Part shown: positions 17,331-39,467 of the stretch, one piece after another
Layout of the letters: each line of letters starts with the position of its first letter
Numbering within the stretch: the first letter of the stretch is position 1
NCBI RefSeq assembly: GCF_009914755.1
Contig: NC_060926.1
Reading direction: 5' to 3' (one strand)
DNA from: the human T2T-CHM13v2.0 reference genome, Homo sapiens
DNA: 64,000 nt
Translations under genes and position numbers: made by a program
Notes under the pieces: generated by a model
Database searches by the model: none
What the model saw: the letters and a program-made list of their open reading frames with translations, nothing else
What the model was told of the DNA's origin: nothing

Positions 17331-20173
17331 TTCTAATTATTTCTGCTTTGAGGACTAGAAATGACTTCTAATTTTGCTGACCTGAAATGTTTTAACATTC
17401 GTATTTACAGAATGCAAAATACTATGCAACATATAGTAAAATACATGACCTACAATTGATATGCAACAGCTTTCCTTCCAAGATTGACACAATATACCAT
17501 ATACTCTATAAAAAATTATTCTATGAAAGTCTTAAGTTACAGTAGACAGGCAAAGATAAAAATCTTTAACACTAGTTACTGAAAATGAGTATCTTAAACT
17601 GTAAACATTAAAACTGCTTTCCAAATTAAGGAATTAAATAATATTTAGAAACCTAAGATGATGCCAGTGTACTAGTCTTCTAGAGATGTAGGCATAATCT
17701 TAAAACTGGTTCTAGGCCTTTTCTGCTACCCAACATATCCGGTGAACAAAACATCAACAGTGCTTCACTATGAGAAGGATTCTTACAGAGAAGGCCTATC
17801 ATCAGCATCTTGGGGGTTTGATAGTACATAATTACAATGCTACACAGGTGACTCTAGCATACCTTTAGAAAGGCATGCATCTCTTCCCCCATTCCCTTTT
17901 TAAGTTCACTGACATAAAGAATCCTTGCAATCACAACCACTTTTTGTGAGGCTGTGCGTTCCCTAATTGCAATGAATTTTCAGTCTTTAAATAATGTTAA
18001 CGATTCAAAATAAACACTGTCCTGGACTTGATAATGAAGGCAGAGAATTACACTTTAACAGTTACTGAAGAGATGACATGATTTTTGCAGTTGAAAAACT
18101 ATGTATCCACCCTCCTTAAAAGTCTTCTAATAAATCACCAAAATTTCTCTGCACCAACAGGATGGAATGGTTAGGATGCATTTTTCTTTCAAATTAAAGC
18201 ATTAAAAACTGAGAAAAAATAGCATCTGTGACCTCTTGCTAAAAAGAAAGCAATGTTAAATGTATTTTGTTATAACCTTTATGACCTAAAATAATACTTA
18301 TGCAGTCAAACATATAAACATTTTGTGTGACCAGTTTTTTCAGTGCAGCATCACATCGCCAGCAATCTCCAACCATTCAACTGCAATTCAGAAATGTTTT
18401 AATGTATTTAGAAGCATAAATATCAAACCTGTGCTCCAAAGTTAACAAGTATGTCTCTAAACTCTAGATCTGATTTTTACAGCCACACTTGAGACAATGA
18501 CGTAAACTTAAACTTTACTTTTAATGGCTTAAACTAGCACTAAAATGTTTAATGTCTCACTTAGGAGATTTCAAATAAAGTTTTTACATCGCTCATGTTT
18601 ACTAACTCGACAATCTGAGCTGTCCTGTTTTCCCAGGTGTTAAATATCATTTAACTGGGAAATGAAAGCAATAAAAAAATTCTCAAACATGAACTACCAT
18701 TACTTTCCTATAAACATCTTACCATTATAGAAAATTTCCAATTATGTCAAAATCAGAAGGTGAAACCCTTAGCTTTCCATGTTACACCTGACTTAGTACT
18801 ACTCAAGTATGGTAAAAGTGTCCTGAGAATAATGTTCACAATACTTTTCATTGGCATCTTAATTGCATCATGTAGAAGTGGAAAATGTAGAGATAAAGAG
18901 CACAAGGCTTGTAATTCTACAGTACAGATGGAGACAAAATTGCAATAAAAGCATATTTGCAAGTCTAAAAGGAAAATTATAACCCAAGACGCATGGGGAA
19001 AAATATTTATGTGGAGTTTTTAATCCATATTAGAATTCAGTTGTTGTAACTTGACCATAAATTTAAACAGAAACCATCTTCTGAGACATACATTCTAATA
19101 AATGTATCAACAGTACTGATAGTCAACGAAGGGTCAATTTAAACTTATTAGTAACATTTCATTTTTCTATCCAACAGAAATCTATAGTGGTTTGCCCCAT
19201 TACATATCTGAAACATTGTCTTATGAAAACAAAATGAAACAAAATTAAATAAAATTGAAGATAAAAATACTCTGGAAGCACAGGATATCTGACAAGAATC
19301 TTCAGCACAAAGCACATGTTTGAAAACGTGAAACGATGACTCTTTGGAGGACAATAGCTAAATATCCAAGAATCATCAGGTTTGAGAAATATTGCTTAAT
19401 CACTTTCCAAAACACAGCTGCAAGAATTGAAGATTTCATTAAAACTATCAAGGTCATCATATTTATTGCATCTTTAGATTGCATTTTGAAACAGAAAATT
19501 AATAGTGCACCACAGCTTCACCAAAATATATATTTAGGGGCAGGGAGGACCTAGGGTATTTATAAACAAAGTATAGACTGTATGTGCTTTTCAGAGGGGC
19601 TGAATTAAATATAACCAGCTGCCAACTTTGTGCTCTGACATACTTGAATTAGTGGGTATGTGTATACTAAATTCATTATTTTTGTCTACAATAAATGAAA
19701 TAAAAACACCACCCTATACAATCCACTATTAGCAGTGAGTACAACAGCAAAAAAATTATTGTACAATTTACACATACTAAAATACTTTCTTTCTCTAGAA
19801 ATAACTCAGAACAAAACCTAATCATTATAAGACTTAATTTGGGAAATCTCAAATTACAACAGGGAGAAACCAAATCAGGATGTGTACTTGAGCCCAAAAC
19901 AAAGGTTCCTGGTCATAAGGCTAGAAGATGAGTAAGTGCAAGTGGTAGAATACAGCATGCTCAAATTGTATGCTTGGGTCTTTGTATATTTATCAAACCT
20001 TTAAAATTAAATAAGACTAGCTAAAGAAATGTCTTCAGAGCAAGATAACTGGGAAATCTGCATTTCTTTTGCCATTTTTGTTACCCAACTTACACAATGC
20101 GCAAAGTGCTAAGCAACACTACAAAACACATTTACATCAACACTGAAGACCTGGGGAAATGAAATCCAACAAT

Positions 20174-20214
20174 TTTATTGTAATGAGCTGTATTTTCTAA
20201 ATTTCTCTTTTATT
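20174..20214 (-). terminator. Proximal poly(A) signals (AATAAA at 20209-20214 and 20174-20179)
   Basis: Two minus-strand AATAAA followed by a GU-rich tract (gtgttgatgtaaatgtgttttgtagtgttg, ~20114-20143). Confidence 0.7.
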
Positions 20215-20495
20215 TTCCTGTTTTCATACAGTAAAGAAAACAAAACGCAGCACATTCACATTTTCCCGAGGAACTGTAAAGATGATCTCTACAGGGATAA
20301 ACGTTGTAAAGCCTGAAGCTCAATCAACTGATGTTGGAAACTCTCAAAGGGAGTAAAGGCTTGATCTCAATGGTCTAGAACATGTACTGTAATTTAATAG
20401 AAGAGATGGTCGTCTTAATATTTAATGATTTAAAAGAACTTCCCAGTCCATGCGAAGAGTACAGTCCAAGAATAAATCAAATTTCTGAACGCATT

Positions 20496-20627
<132 letters not shown>

Positions 20628-21269
20628 CTAAAAAAGAAAGTAGATAGTATTTTTATATAAACACATAAAAATTCGTATCTTTGAACAGAACTGATATGTC
20701 ATTTTAACACTCAGAGACTGAACTTTACTAACTGGATTACCAAAGATAAAAGCACAGAAACTTTAAAAAGGTTCTGTTTGAAAATGTAATATTATGGTTA
20801 CAACACACTTCCTCAAATCAGAATGTGAATGCTAAAGTGGATAGCAGTTGAATAATTGAATTAGTTGGAATTACAGTAGTGTGAGCATATGCCACCTATA
20901 GTTTAACCGTTTTGATGCTGTTATCTACTGAATTCTGAGTTATACTCAAAACTCACAGAACTTGGGTAGCCTATGTATTAAAGAACACAAACTCCGGACT
21001 CAGAGTACCTGGATAAACTCAGCTCTACCACTACTAGCTCTGGGACCTTGGCCCACTGGTGTGTACACTAAATGTGTTAACAGATGTAATGCCTTAGAAT
21101 AAAGAATAATGCTGCCCAATCATAGTAAGTGCTTCTGTTGGTTTTTTCCAAGTACTATCAGGATTCTAAGTACTGTGCTATATATAATAATAAAATAATA
21201 ACTAAAGCAGCAGTCATAGTCTGTCTATGCACTATTCATCTGTCATTTTGCATGTATGAGTTTATTTAA

Positions 21270-21567
<298 letters not shown>

Positions 21568-22177
21568 TATTTAATGTTCTTAACCCTGCAAAATAAGTTG
21601 TCTCATTTTACAAACGAGGAAAATAAAGCCGGAGAAGAAAACTGACATCAACAAGTAGTAAATAACAGAGCCAACAGAAATGAATCTAAACCTTTCTGAC
21701 CTCAAAGTCCATGTTCTTTGCTCTAATGCATCCATGAGCCAGCTTTGCTTTTACTCTTGTTGATCAGTTCATTTCCCAAAGCCACAATGGATTGATAATT
21801 CTTTGGAATCTGAAAATTCAGCACTTCATTCTGCAACTACAATTTATCGCCCTTCCAGGATTACCACTCCTGTATCGACAAACTTGCTCTCAACCCATCA
21901 CCTGAGATCTCCCACCCTTTGCCCTTCTTTTCTTCCAGCCTATTAACAGCTCCTATCGACTTGCTCCCTCCCCTGTTTAACCGAGCCTAAACTGCATTCA
22001 AGATCACTTCTCTTGAAAGCTGCACTCTCAACAGGACCTTCTACTCCTGATTCTTTTGGTCCTATCCCATAAACACTATTTGATTAAACCTATATTCTAT
22101 ATGTACTACATCATTATCAACCTACCACAGAGGTCTTTGCTGAGTAAAGATGTAGTTGTTAACACCGTATGTGTACA

Positions 22178-22640
<463 letters not shown>

Positions 22641-22649
22641 TGTAGACTA

Positions 22650-24100
22650 ACACAAATTTATAGTATTCAAAAGTTCAGCAAGTTCCTGAGCACCATTCTT
22701 CGACAAGTATTATTTCAAATTTCTGACAATCCCCTTAAACTCCTCAACCCAGTCCTGCACCAAGCTCATATCGGGTTTCACATAGAGAAAAGAAGCCATT
22801 TCAATTTGAAGTTCTTTAAATACCCACCCTACACATGTACATTTATCCATACTTACACCAAATCTTGCTTAGCACATACCCCTGCACCCTGCCCTAGGTT
22901 CTCAGGAAGAGGCATGTTCAGTAACATCTGTGTCAGTACACTACCATCATCATACTCTCTATACAATCCTCACCTTTCCTTTTCTAGAATGTGGTATTTA
23001 TCCCTTCATCTCATTTTTTTCAATTTAAGGATCCATTCTTTATTCATAGGATATAAACATGCTCAGTATCCTCCCATTTTGGGGGGGAAAAAGCCCAAAC
23101 CCTTCAACTCTACACTGAATCCTCTAATACTACTCTCTCTGCCCTTTCCCTTGAGCCAGTACCTCAAAGAATAAGCCACTCTTGGTGGTTTCCACCTCCA
23201 TTTCCTTCTCAAGGCACTACCACTGGATATCCACTTTCACGAGTCCAATGAAAATGTCTGAGAAAGTTAACCTGTCACGTAATTGCCAAAGTGTTTATTC
23301 AACTTGGTTTTTCCATGATTTTTTATATTACTGACCACTCACTCCTTGTAATTCTCTTCCCTTGTCATAGGACCTGTCATTTTGTTTTCTTTTCCTTCTA
23401 AAGCAGTGTTCTCAAATTTGAAAAAACATCAGAATCACCTACAGCTCGTGTTAAAAAACCAGACTCTTGGGCCCTATCCTCAGAGTTTCTGATTCAATTC
23501 TCAGGCTCTGGTGGAACCTAAGGATCTGTGTTTCTCATGAGTTCCCAGGTGATGCTAAGGTAGCTGTTCCAAGAACCACACTGTGAAAACCAGTGCTCTA
23601 AAGAGTTTCTGTTGTTACACTCACTGTTCCTAAAATAAGGGAGGGGTCTATCCCATAGTTCTTTCTTGCTCTCCATGCTAACACTGAGCAATTTAATCCA
23701 CACCTGTAGTTTTAACTGCATTCTCATATAGCTAATTCCCAATGCAACTTCTAGCCCTCATGTCTATTGTCTTCCACCTGCCCCTGGATGTGCCAATACA
23801 CAATAAAGTCAACTTGTACAAAACAATATTAAGTGACATCTGGACCACAGCGGCACATTACATTACCCTTCTCTTTTTGGTTAAAGAAACAAACCTCTAT
23901 CTACTCATTCAAGCCAGAAACCTAAACGGCGTCTTCAACTTCTCCCTCTCACTTCCCATTATCAATCAGTAAAGTCTGTCAATTCTACTTCCCAATTATC
24001 TTGATTCAGTTTTCTACCCTCTACCAATACTTTACCCAGGTCCTAATCCTCTCCCACCTATCTTAATGGCTTCCTAAGGGGTCTTCCCCTCCTTAGTTTC
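22650..24100 (-). mobile_element. L2 fragments with nested MER5A-like element (~23403-23600)
   Basis: C/T-rich decayed L2 sequence; cagtgttctcaaa...gaaaaccagtg MER5-type termini. Confidence 0.6.
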
Positions 24101-24344
24101 CCAATTTGTAAAATGAAAGCATTTAATGAATGGTAACCATTATTAATTTTTAGAAGTAAAGGGAGTTTGTTTACACAAAGGTATTAATAGCAGTGAAAAT
24201 CTTTTCTTAATACTTCATGTGACAATATTCTACTATCATTTTAGTTATAAACACATTGGTTCCGAGAGTGTGCACATATTTGGATGTATCACCATGTTTA
24301 GTTACCAAGTGAGTGCCATACATTTCATAAGTGTTACATCACTA

Positions 24345-24725
<381 letters not shown>

Positions 24726-26349
24726 TCAAGTACGCATTCAGAAACTGTCTTAATGTTTACTTGAATACTAAATTATCCTTTTCAAAAATGAGGAATTTAA
24801 CTTTGAGATAATAAAGTTGATTTTGTTTTTATGCAGAATATAATTTCTTACCTGGAAGAAAAACAGTAGCTGAAAATATTCAGTAGTAAAATTACCAGTA
24901 AATAATTTTCATTGCTTATGACTATCAGAGGTCAATTGATTATTTTATTACCATGGCTCCAAGTTAAAACTCACCAAAATTATCTCAGATAGGTATCTGT
25001 TGTCTTACTAACTCAAAATGTAGCTGTAATCTCTAAGGCTTTATGAGGAGACAAGAGTATGTACTGCCAAGATTCAGTCAGTGAAATAAATAATTTAAAA
25101 GTACCACTAGGATGTCAGTTCCTAAAATCTCCTTGCCAAAAATCTCCCTAGAGTTCTGTTATCTAACCATTTCTTGTCATATATTTTATTATGCTTTTTA
25201 TGTCACAACCTCATCACAAATTCATACCAGATTCCAATCTTTAGGAGTCTTACTCTATTCTTCCCTATAGTCTTCAAAGCAACTGTTAAGGGAAATACAG
25301 AAGTCGTCTTCTCCTGCAACTCTGCTCTGAATGAAATAGCAGAAAAAGAAAACTGGTGTTTTATTCGTTCACCAAAAGGAGATAGATGTGAAGTTTCTGG
25401 AGGTAGAAACCGTAAAATTGCAAAGCAGCACATGGGGCATTGCTGACTGAGGCATGGGCATAGATAGCCACGAGACAGCAGATTGTACAATTTAGAAGAT
25501 CATTCTGGTGTGCGTATCCATTCAACTGTTTCTAATTAGAATCCTTTGGATAAAAATACTGCTTTCGGTGTCATTTCCCAAGTGTAAGATAATCAATATC
25601 TTAGTAAAAAAAAAAAAAATTCGATGAAAATAATCTACTAAGAATGATGCTTATGATGCTTTTCCTCAGAAGTTGATGTCATGAAAAAATAAAAAGATAG
25701 AGGTACTGGTTTAAATGAAACTAAAAAGACATAAAAATTAAATGTAATGTGGAAATCTTGATGGAATCATGGATCCAAAAAGTGAGATATAAAAGAAATT
25801 TTTGAGACAACTGAGGCAATATGGGTGGTAAACAGATGACATGAAATTAATTTTCTTGGATATGATATAGGAGACGTGTGCTAAAGTTTTTTAGGGGGAA
25901 ACTACTGAGATATTTGTAAATTAACTTCAAATGCTGTAGCAAACACATACACACACACAGAGGAAGGCAGGGAGGAAGACAAAATTCTAATGACTGGTAA
26001 ACGTAGGTCACAGCCATATTGATATTCATTATAGTGCTTTTCACTTTCTTTGTGGATTTGAAAACAAAAAATACAAAGTTGCAGGGAAAAAAGTAGTTGT
26101 TTAAACAATCCCTTTGGCTCATCTGGATGTGGTCACCTAAATAAGTGTCTTCTTAAATACCTGCAGAAAAACATGGATGTGCAGATCGTGCTGATGAGTC
26201 AAAATGAGTATTCTTTTTAAATGGGAGGGGAGGGGCTCACTCTGGAGCCTAACACAATACTCCTCACTTGAGTGCAGCAGAAGGGGTTGTTGTGCAAGTG
26301 CCTATATATGACCTATATGCACGCTGGGGGATGGAATTTGAGAAAGGCA

Positions 26350-26376
26350 GGTGGTGGTGGTGGTGGTGGTGGTGGT
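26350..26376 (+). repeat. (GGT)9 microsatellite in intron 14
   Basis: Seen directly. Confidence 0.95.
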
Positions 26377-27998
26377 GAAGACTGTCAACTCTGGAAACTG
26401 CCCCCCCAGATTACAATTAATCTAATTCTTTTCAAAGGCTGTGTTATTTTAGTAATTCCTTTAACTTCTTTGCATGAACTTTTACTACTGGCTACAGTAA
26501 AAGCAGCATAAATAGGTAGGGTCTGAGTCTTCGAATATTTGATTATGTTACTGAGCCTTTGACAGTAAAACCAATGTGGTCACAATATTTACCACCAAAG
26601 AGAAAATTTTGACTTAAACTATGAGTAAGAGCCAAGATCATTTAAAAACCATTCCCAAGAAAAAAACATTGCTTTGTAGAATTTTATTGCTGAAAAGAAC
26701 TTTTAAGCTCTAGTGAAATTCATCATATATATATTTCTGTTTTGAACATACCTAAAACACTACATACACATACTCCAGATACACACGTAAGTGTGCACAC
26801 TTAACACGAAAATCTAAAAATCTATGAAGACTTTTTTAAACATAATACTAATATCTGATATTATTATTGCTGGACATGATAGAATCTGGGATAACAAAGA
26901 CAGTTACTTATTTAGGGTACAGTAGGGTGAGGGTAAGGCAATCCAGATAAATATTCCCACATATTTTCCTCTAATTCTAGGATACAAATGAGCCCTAAAA
27001 TCCAAAACCTGCATCTGCCCAAATGTATAAAGTAGTTATGTCTTGCATTGGAAGAAAAATAAATTTTATTCCATGACACTGGCTAGCACAGTTTTGTTTT
27101 ATTCTTAATATATATTTATGTCAAGACATGGGCCAATCTTGGCTAATGCAGATTACTATGATACAGTTTACAACTACAAGACAAAGGGGGCAAAGCCTTG
27201 CCAGAGACACTACTCTGTTCTACAAAGTATACATACGAAACAAAAAGATCAAAATGAAAAACAAAAATTTAAGTGTGCATATAAAGCTCTAGAATCCATG
27301 TACTCTGGTAATCAACTGTATATTTAACATTACTTTTAAAAAGACTATCATAATATACAATATAAATAACATTTTTTTAAAATCAACAAATGACAGTCAT
27401 TTAAAAGATCATCTTATTTATCTTAGGACACTGTTTTATTGCACACATATTTGGCTGTAATGAATATATTAGTACTAGGAAGCCTATCTAATACTAGTTT
27501 TTAAGCCAAGTAGTAAACAATTAGTTTTAAACATCAATCAGCAAGGGTGGAGTGCCTTTTTTCCCCTTTAAATACACAGAAAACAAGCATCTTACATTAT
27601 GTTAAATGTTTAATGAATAGAATTTTCATTATCGACTTATATGGCTCTATTAAAAATCATTCACATCAGTATCATTTCTATGTTTTTAAATTAAAGAGGA
27701 TATGGGTTTTAAGATTTTGAAACAAAAAATATTTATCAAAATATAAATAGCAACATCCAAACATCAAACTTTTATATAGGTCTCCCAATTCTGAAAAACT
27801 TCTAAATCAGCTTTAAAATTAGACTTCCACTGACTATTAGTTAACAACTTAAAAACAATTTTAAGTACCAATATGTTCATAAACTGTATTCTATTTATTG
27901 AAAAACATGAAAAGAAATACTTTGTTCACACTATAAATTACTTTTTAAAATGCTTACTGTACTTGGATTCAAATGCATTTTGATACAAATACTTATCA

Positions 27999-28370
<372 letters not shown>

Positions 28371-30157
28371 TTAAAGTTAGTTAATTAGCAAGTAAACTGA
28401 CCAAGCAGTAGTTAAAAAGAGGTAATTCCATTAAATAAATAATGCACAAAAAAGAATTCTCTTGAGTACTATGACACATCATTAAAATCTCATTATTTGA
28501 ACAAACGAGAGGAAAGGGTGATTCAAGTTATAAAATATTAAAAAGACATGTACTTTTTTGTTTCAGGAGATACAATGGCTAATCCAAAAATGTTATCCAG
28601 CAGAGATTATCAGGAACCTGCTTCAACATTTAGGTAAAAATAAAGTGTTAACCAACATATAATTGCTAATTTTATAAATATTTTACAATCTTCCATCCAA
28701 GTTTATCCAGACTACTCTTTTGCTTAGTAATTTCTTTCATAGAAAAAAGGAAGGTAAGCCTGAGCTCAGGCCTTCTACCATACAATCAAAATTTACCATC
28801 CAAACTGACCATATGTATGCTTCTATGACCAAATGAAGAAAAAAAAAAACCTGGAATTACATTAAACATAAATATCAACAAGCAATCTGTTTTGAAGTTC
28901 AGGTAATAATCTTTACTGCGTATTATGAATAATGATGTGAATGGTATGAATAAAGTGTAATACTAGGGGAGAAAAAGCAGCTCAGGAAAGAATGCTGTGT
29001 AATTTTAAATTCACTATTCTGTCAGTGGGACAGCAAGGAAACTGTACAGTTATATGATTTAGTCTCTACATGTCTATAGTGATATGTGATTGAGTAAAAG
29101 TCTTGACACTAGGATTTATTGCTTTGATGCACTGTATACAGCTATCTGTCTCTTTCTCAAAAGCAGCTTATGAAGAGTGGGCATGAAGATGGTGATATTC
29201 AGATTATACGAGTAACTGATCTGGAGAGTCAGTCATTCTCTCTAGACAAGTCTTTGAGCAACAGTTCTGTTCTCCTAAAAAACTGTCAGGTAGGCAAGGA
29301 TTCAGAGAAATGTGATTTTCAGTGATTACACATATTCATTTTCTTCAAATAATCTCTGGTTATATCTACCTACTTTAGACATTTCAAATAGTATAAATGC
29401 TAATCCCAGAAAATAGGTGCTATTATTAGAATGAAGATGTTTATTATTACATACATGCTAAAAGTGATTTATTTACATACTTTAGTTATTGCTTAATCAT
29501 ATTCAATGAACCAGAAATACCTTAGGTGGTATTTTAAGATTACAGATCATCCCAAGAGGTAACTATTACCAAAAGTATTTTATAAAAGTCAGTCCTAAAA
29601 CCTTATAGTGGGGAATTCTTAGCTGCCTAAGAACAGAATGAAATGCCCCTAAAGTCATAAGGTTGTATATATAATGAGAGAGTTAAGCATAACAGTAGTT
29701 AGTATACTAGACATCTTTCTATTAGAGTTAGGAACAAGATAAGGATGCCTATCTTTACTATTACTATTTTACCTGCACTCTGGTAATCAATTGTATATTT
29801 AAATTACTTTTTAAAAGCAATGTTTTCCTATTCATCTATATATACACATGAATACAAGTATATGCATATACATGAACGTACACGAACACATCCACCTATA
29901 CACCAGTATTAGTGTTAAATGAGACCATAACATGAATTTTTCTATTAATTTCTTCAGATTTTTCAGCTAGCAAAAAGAGATTAAAGCTACAAGGAATTCC
30001 ATAGTACTGTTCTATCATGACACAAGTGGAGATTTAGACTGGATCCAATGTTCTGTTGGTACATGCATTTCTGACTTTGAGCACGAAAGCCTGTTTTTCA
30101 AAAGCAAATTTCTAGAAATGCACTTGCTTCCTCAAAGTTATAAATATTTTATATTTG

Positions 30158-30422
30158 CGCCAAGCACGGTTGCTCACGCCTGTAATCCCAGCACTTTGGG
30201 AGACCAAAGTAAGAAAATCACTTGAGCCCAAGAATTCAAAATCAGCCTGGTCAACATAGCAAGATCTGCTCTCTACCAAACATTTAAAAAATAGCCTGTA
30301 GTCCCAGCTACTCATGAGGCTAAGGTGGGAGGATGGCTTGAACCTGGGAGGTCGAGGTTATAGTGAGACATGATAATACCACTGCACTCCAGTCTGGGCA
30401 AGAATGAGACCCTGTCTCAAAA
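30158..30422 (+). mobile_element. AluJ with internal deletion at the arm junction
   Basis: Diverged Alu missing the start of the right arm. Confidence 0.85.
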
Positions 30423-31085
30423 TTTTTTTTTTTTAGTATTTGATAAATACTAATGAACTGCTTTCAAGTTGCTTAACAATTTAACCCCCCACAAAAATAG
30501 TATATGAATATCCACTCCCTCACACCCTCTTCAACGCCAGATTTTCTTTTGCTCATGTTTGGCTAAAAATGAAATCTCATTATTTTAATTTGTACTTCTC
30601 ATGACCACTATGGGAAAAAATATTTTTATATTTACAGGATATCTGTAATCTTCTATGCTTTCTCTATCTATATTCCTTCATGTTTTTATACTCAATTGTT
30701 TGCCTTCATACTGATTTACTGATGCTCTTTATAGATTATGGTTTTCAATTTTTATGTTATAAGTAATTTCTCCTAGTCTATTTTTAACTTAATGTATCTC
30801 ATCATATAGATGTGTTATCACTTATGTGGTTAAATCTGTTAATCTTTTCCTTTATTATTTTGGTAATACATTTTTAAAAAGACATTTCTCACATTAAGGT
30901 TACCAAAATATTCAACATTTTCTTCCATTATTTATATAGATTTGCACTTATATTTAGATTTTCACATTTATCTGGAATTTTATATTTGATGTGATCCATG
31001 GAATTGAGGTCTTAATACTACCCTCTTCTCATTCCCACAAATAAAAAACAATTAAATTCAGTTTTTAGAAACGACAAATTTGAGA

Positions 31086-36967
<5,882 letters not shown>

Positions 36968-38959
36968 GACATTTATCACATCCCAGACACCTACAAATAT
37001 ATTAGTTTGCTTCTGGACTCCCTTTTGTTCAAATGAGCTGTCTGTCTATGCATTTTAAATAATGTTAACTTGTATACTTTTTAATAACAGAGAATACAAC
37101 CGGAATTTTCATAACACAAATAATGCTAAGATGGATACCCCATTTACCCTGATGTGATTATTACACACTATATGCTTGTATCAAGATATCTCACGTATCC
37201 CATAAATATATACATGTACTATGTACCCATAAAAATTATAAATTAAAAAAACGTGATATGGTATGTTTTGTTATTAGGACAAATTCCTTCCCCTTTCACT
37301 GAGCTTTCCTACCTAAGACCCATCCCTTTTCAAAAGTAGTTTTGCCTAATCTTGTGCATTTTCTTGTCCAGATGAATTATGGAATCAGCTTGTCGAGTTT
37401 TATTTAAAAATATATATATTTTGGACATTTCATTTCAGATTTCCTTGAATTTATAGGTGACTTTTAAAAACAGCACACTTATAACTTGTAATTCTCCCAT
37501 TTGGGTACATTTACCCTTTCATATTCTTTAGCTTTTACTGTCTTCTTGGTATAAGTACCCTGTCTACACAGTTCTTGTTAAGATGATTCCTGGGAAGGCT
37601 ATGATTCTTAATAAAACATCCTTTTCTTCATGTCATTTACTGATTAATGCTGGTTTACTGAAAAGGTATTTTCTTTCCAACAAAACTCTTCTAAAGAAAT
37701 GTTTTCTCACTGATTATCATGTATTGCCAAATTGACAATCATATTATCTACAGATTTTGATAATTTTTTCAATTTCTTCCTGATACTTATGAATTTCATT
37801 CCTTTCTTCTTCTTAGTATATTAGGACCTGCAGAGCAAGGCATAATAGTAGTAGTAAAGATAGGCAACTTCATCTTGTTCCTCAGTCTAATAGAAAGGTG
37901 TCTAGCATTTTCCTACTAACTACTACAATGATTTAGTTTGTCATCAGATACAACCTTATGGCATTAAGGGCAATCCATTCTAAGGTGGCGATGAGTCCCC
38001 CACTTTTATAAGGAATGAGGACTGGCTTTTATCAAATACTTTTTGTTCATCTATAGAGATCAAATGGTTTTCTCCTTAAAATGGTGCCTGGCAATTAGGC
38101 AACTGCTTGTTTTTACAATTATTACAATATCTTAATAACGATCTTTTCAAAAAGTTTTCCTATGCTGACCTTTCTTTGTATTGTAGGGATAAATCCTTTT
38201 TGAACACAGTGCATTATTCTTTCAATACACTACTGAATATGACTTGCTAATATTGAGATTTATGCTTTCAGTGTATTAGAATCTAAGGAGCAAGGCAGAA
38301 TGATGAATAACCTTAAGCTTTCTTTCTCTTTTGTATTTTCCTTGCTCAGTTTTAGCAAAAAAATTATGCTAGCCTCAGATATTTCCTGAGAGCAGTATGT
38401 CTATTTTGCCTTCTGAGTTCAAAGTTCGCTAAACAGCCTTCAATTTTAACTTGCTAATTGTGTTATTCAAATTTCCTATATCCCCCTTTTCAACTCAGGT
38501 TAGTCAATAAATTTGTAAGGAATTTCCATGATTCTCGAGTTGTCTACTTTCCCTTGTACTTTCATTTTCCTTCCTATATTGTGAAGTTATGTCCCTAATG
38601 ATTGCTATAAATTATTGATGAATATCAAATACTACTGTTAAGTTTTCTATTTAAATTCTGACATTAATAGTGCTATTGTCTGTAGTTTTTAAATTTCAGA
38701 CTCATTCTCATAAAATTATAAAAAATAAAGAACATTAACAAAAATATGTATTAATAGTTCTTATCCATACCTCTTTCAAAAACCCACTGCTAATTACTAA
38801 AGTCCAAGGTACAGACTACCACTGTATGTATTTCCTATTTTTAGCTGTTCTAAATCACAATAAACTTACCTTTAGTCATTCAAAAAACATGAAAAGAAAA
38901 AACCTCAGCAGCAGCCTGACTACTACAGATTAAATATGACACTACAAATTAATGCCACC

Positions 38960-39467
38960 TGTTGTAGCCAGCTTCTATGACAGCACGTAATAACCCTGGT
39001 ATATGTTAATCTTGTGTGGTCCTCTCACTATCAGGGCTGACTTGGGCAACCAAGAAAATGAGAAGTGACACTACATGTCTTCCAGGGAAAGATCAAAAAG
39101 GCACTGCAGGTTCTGCCTGGGTCTTCTGGATTGCTCGCTCTTGGGAAAACCAGCCACCAAGATTTGAGGACAAAGAGCCACATGAAAAGGCCCATGTGCA
39201 GAGAAACTAAGGCCACTTAACAACATCCAGAACAAATTTGCCAGCCATGTGAACCACCCTGGAAGTGTATTCTCCAGCTTCAGTCAAACCGTCAGATGAC
39301 CAGAACCCCAGACAACATCTAAATGCAACCTCATGAACCCCAAGCCAGAACTACCCAACTGAGTATCTTCTCAATCCCTAACCCACAGAAACGAGAGATA
39401 ATAAATTGTTAGTGGTTGTTTTAAATCACTAACTTTTGAAATTCGTCATGTGGCATTAAACAATACA
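38960..39467 (+). mobile_element. MLT1-family LTR
   Basis: MLT1 motifs (ccagcttcagtcaaaccgtcagatgac, cccacagaaac..gagataataaatt, ttttaaatcactaactttt). Confidence 0.7.

Larger units (their letters stand above)
16400..20495 (-). other. CUL3: CUL3 long 3'UTR (~4.1 kb; distal end approximate)
   Basis: AT-rich and nearly repeat-free stretch after the stop codon, ending at a cluster of poly(A) hexamers at 16371-16464. Confidence 0.75.

Noticed and set aside
26131-26172. Possible 24-nt microexon or recursive splice site (tttttctgcag|gtattt...ttag|gtgacc)
   Set aside because: Both donors are weak and there is no other support; such motifs are common by chance.
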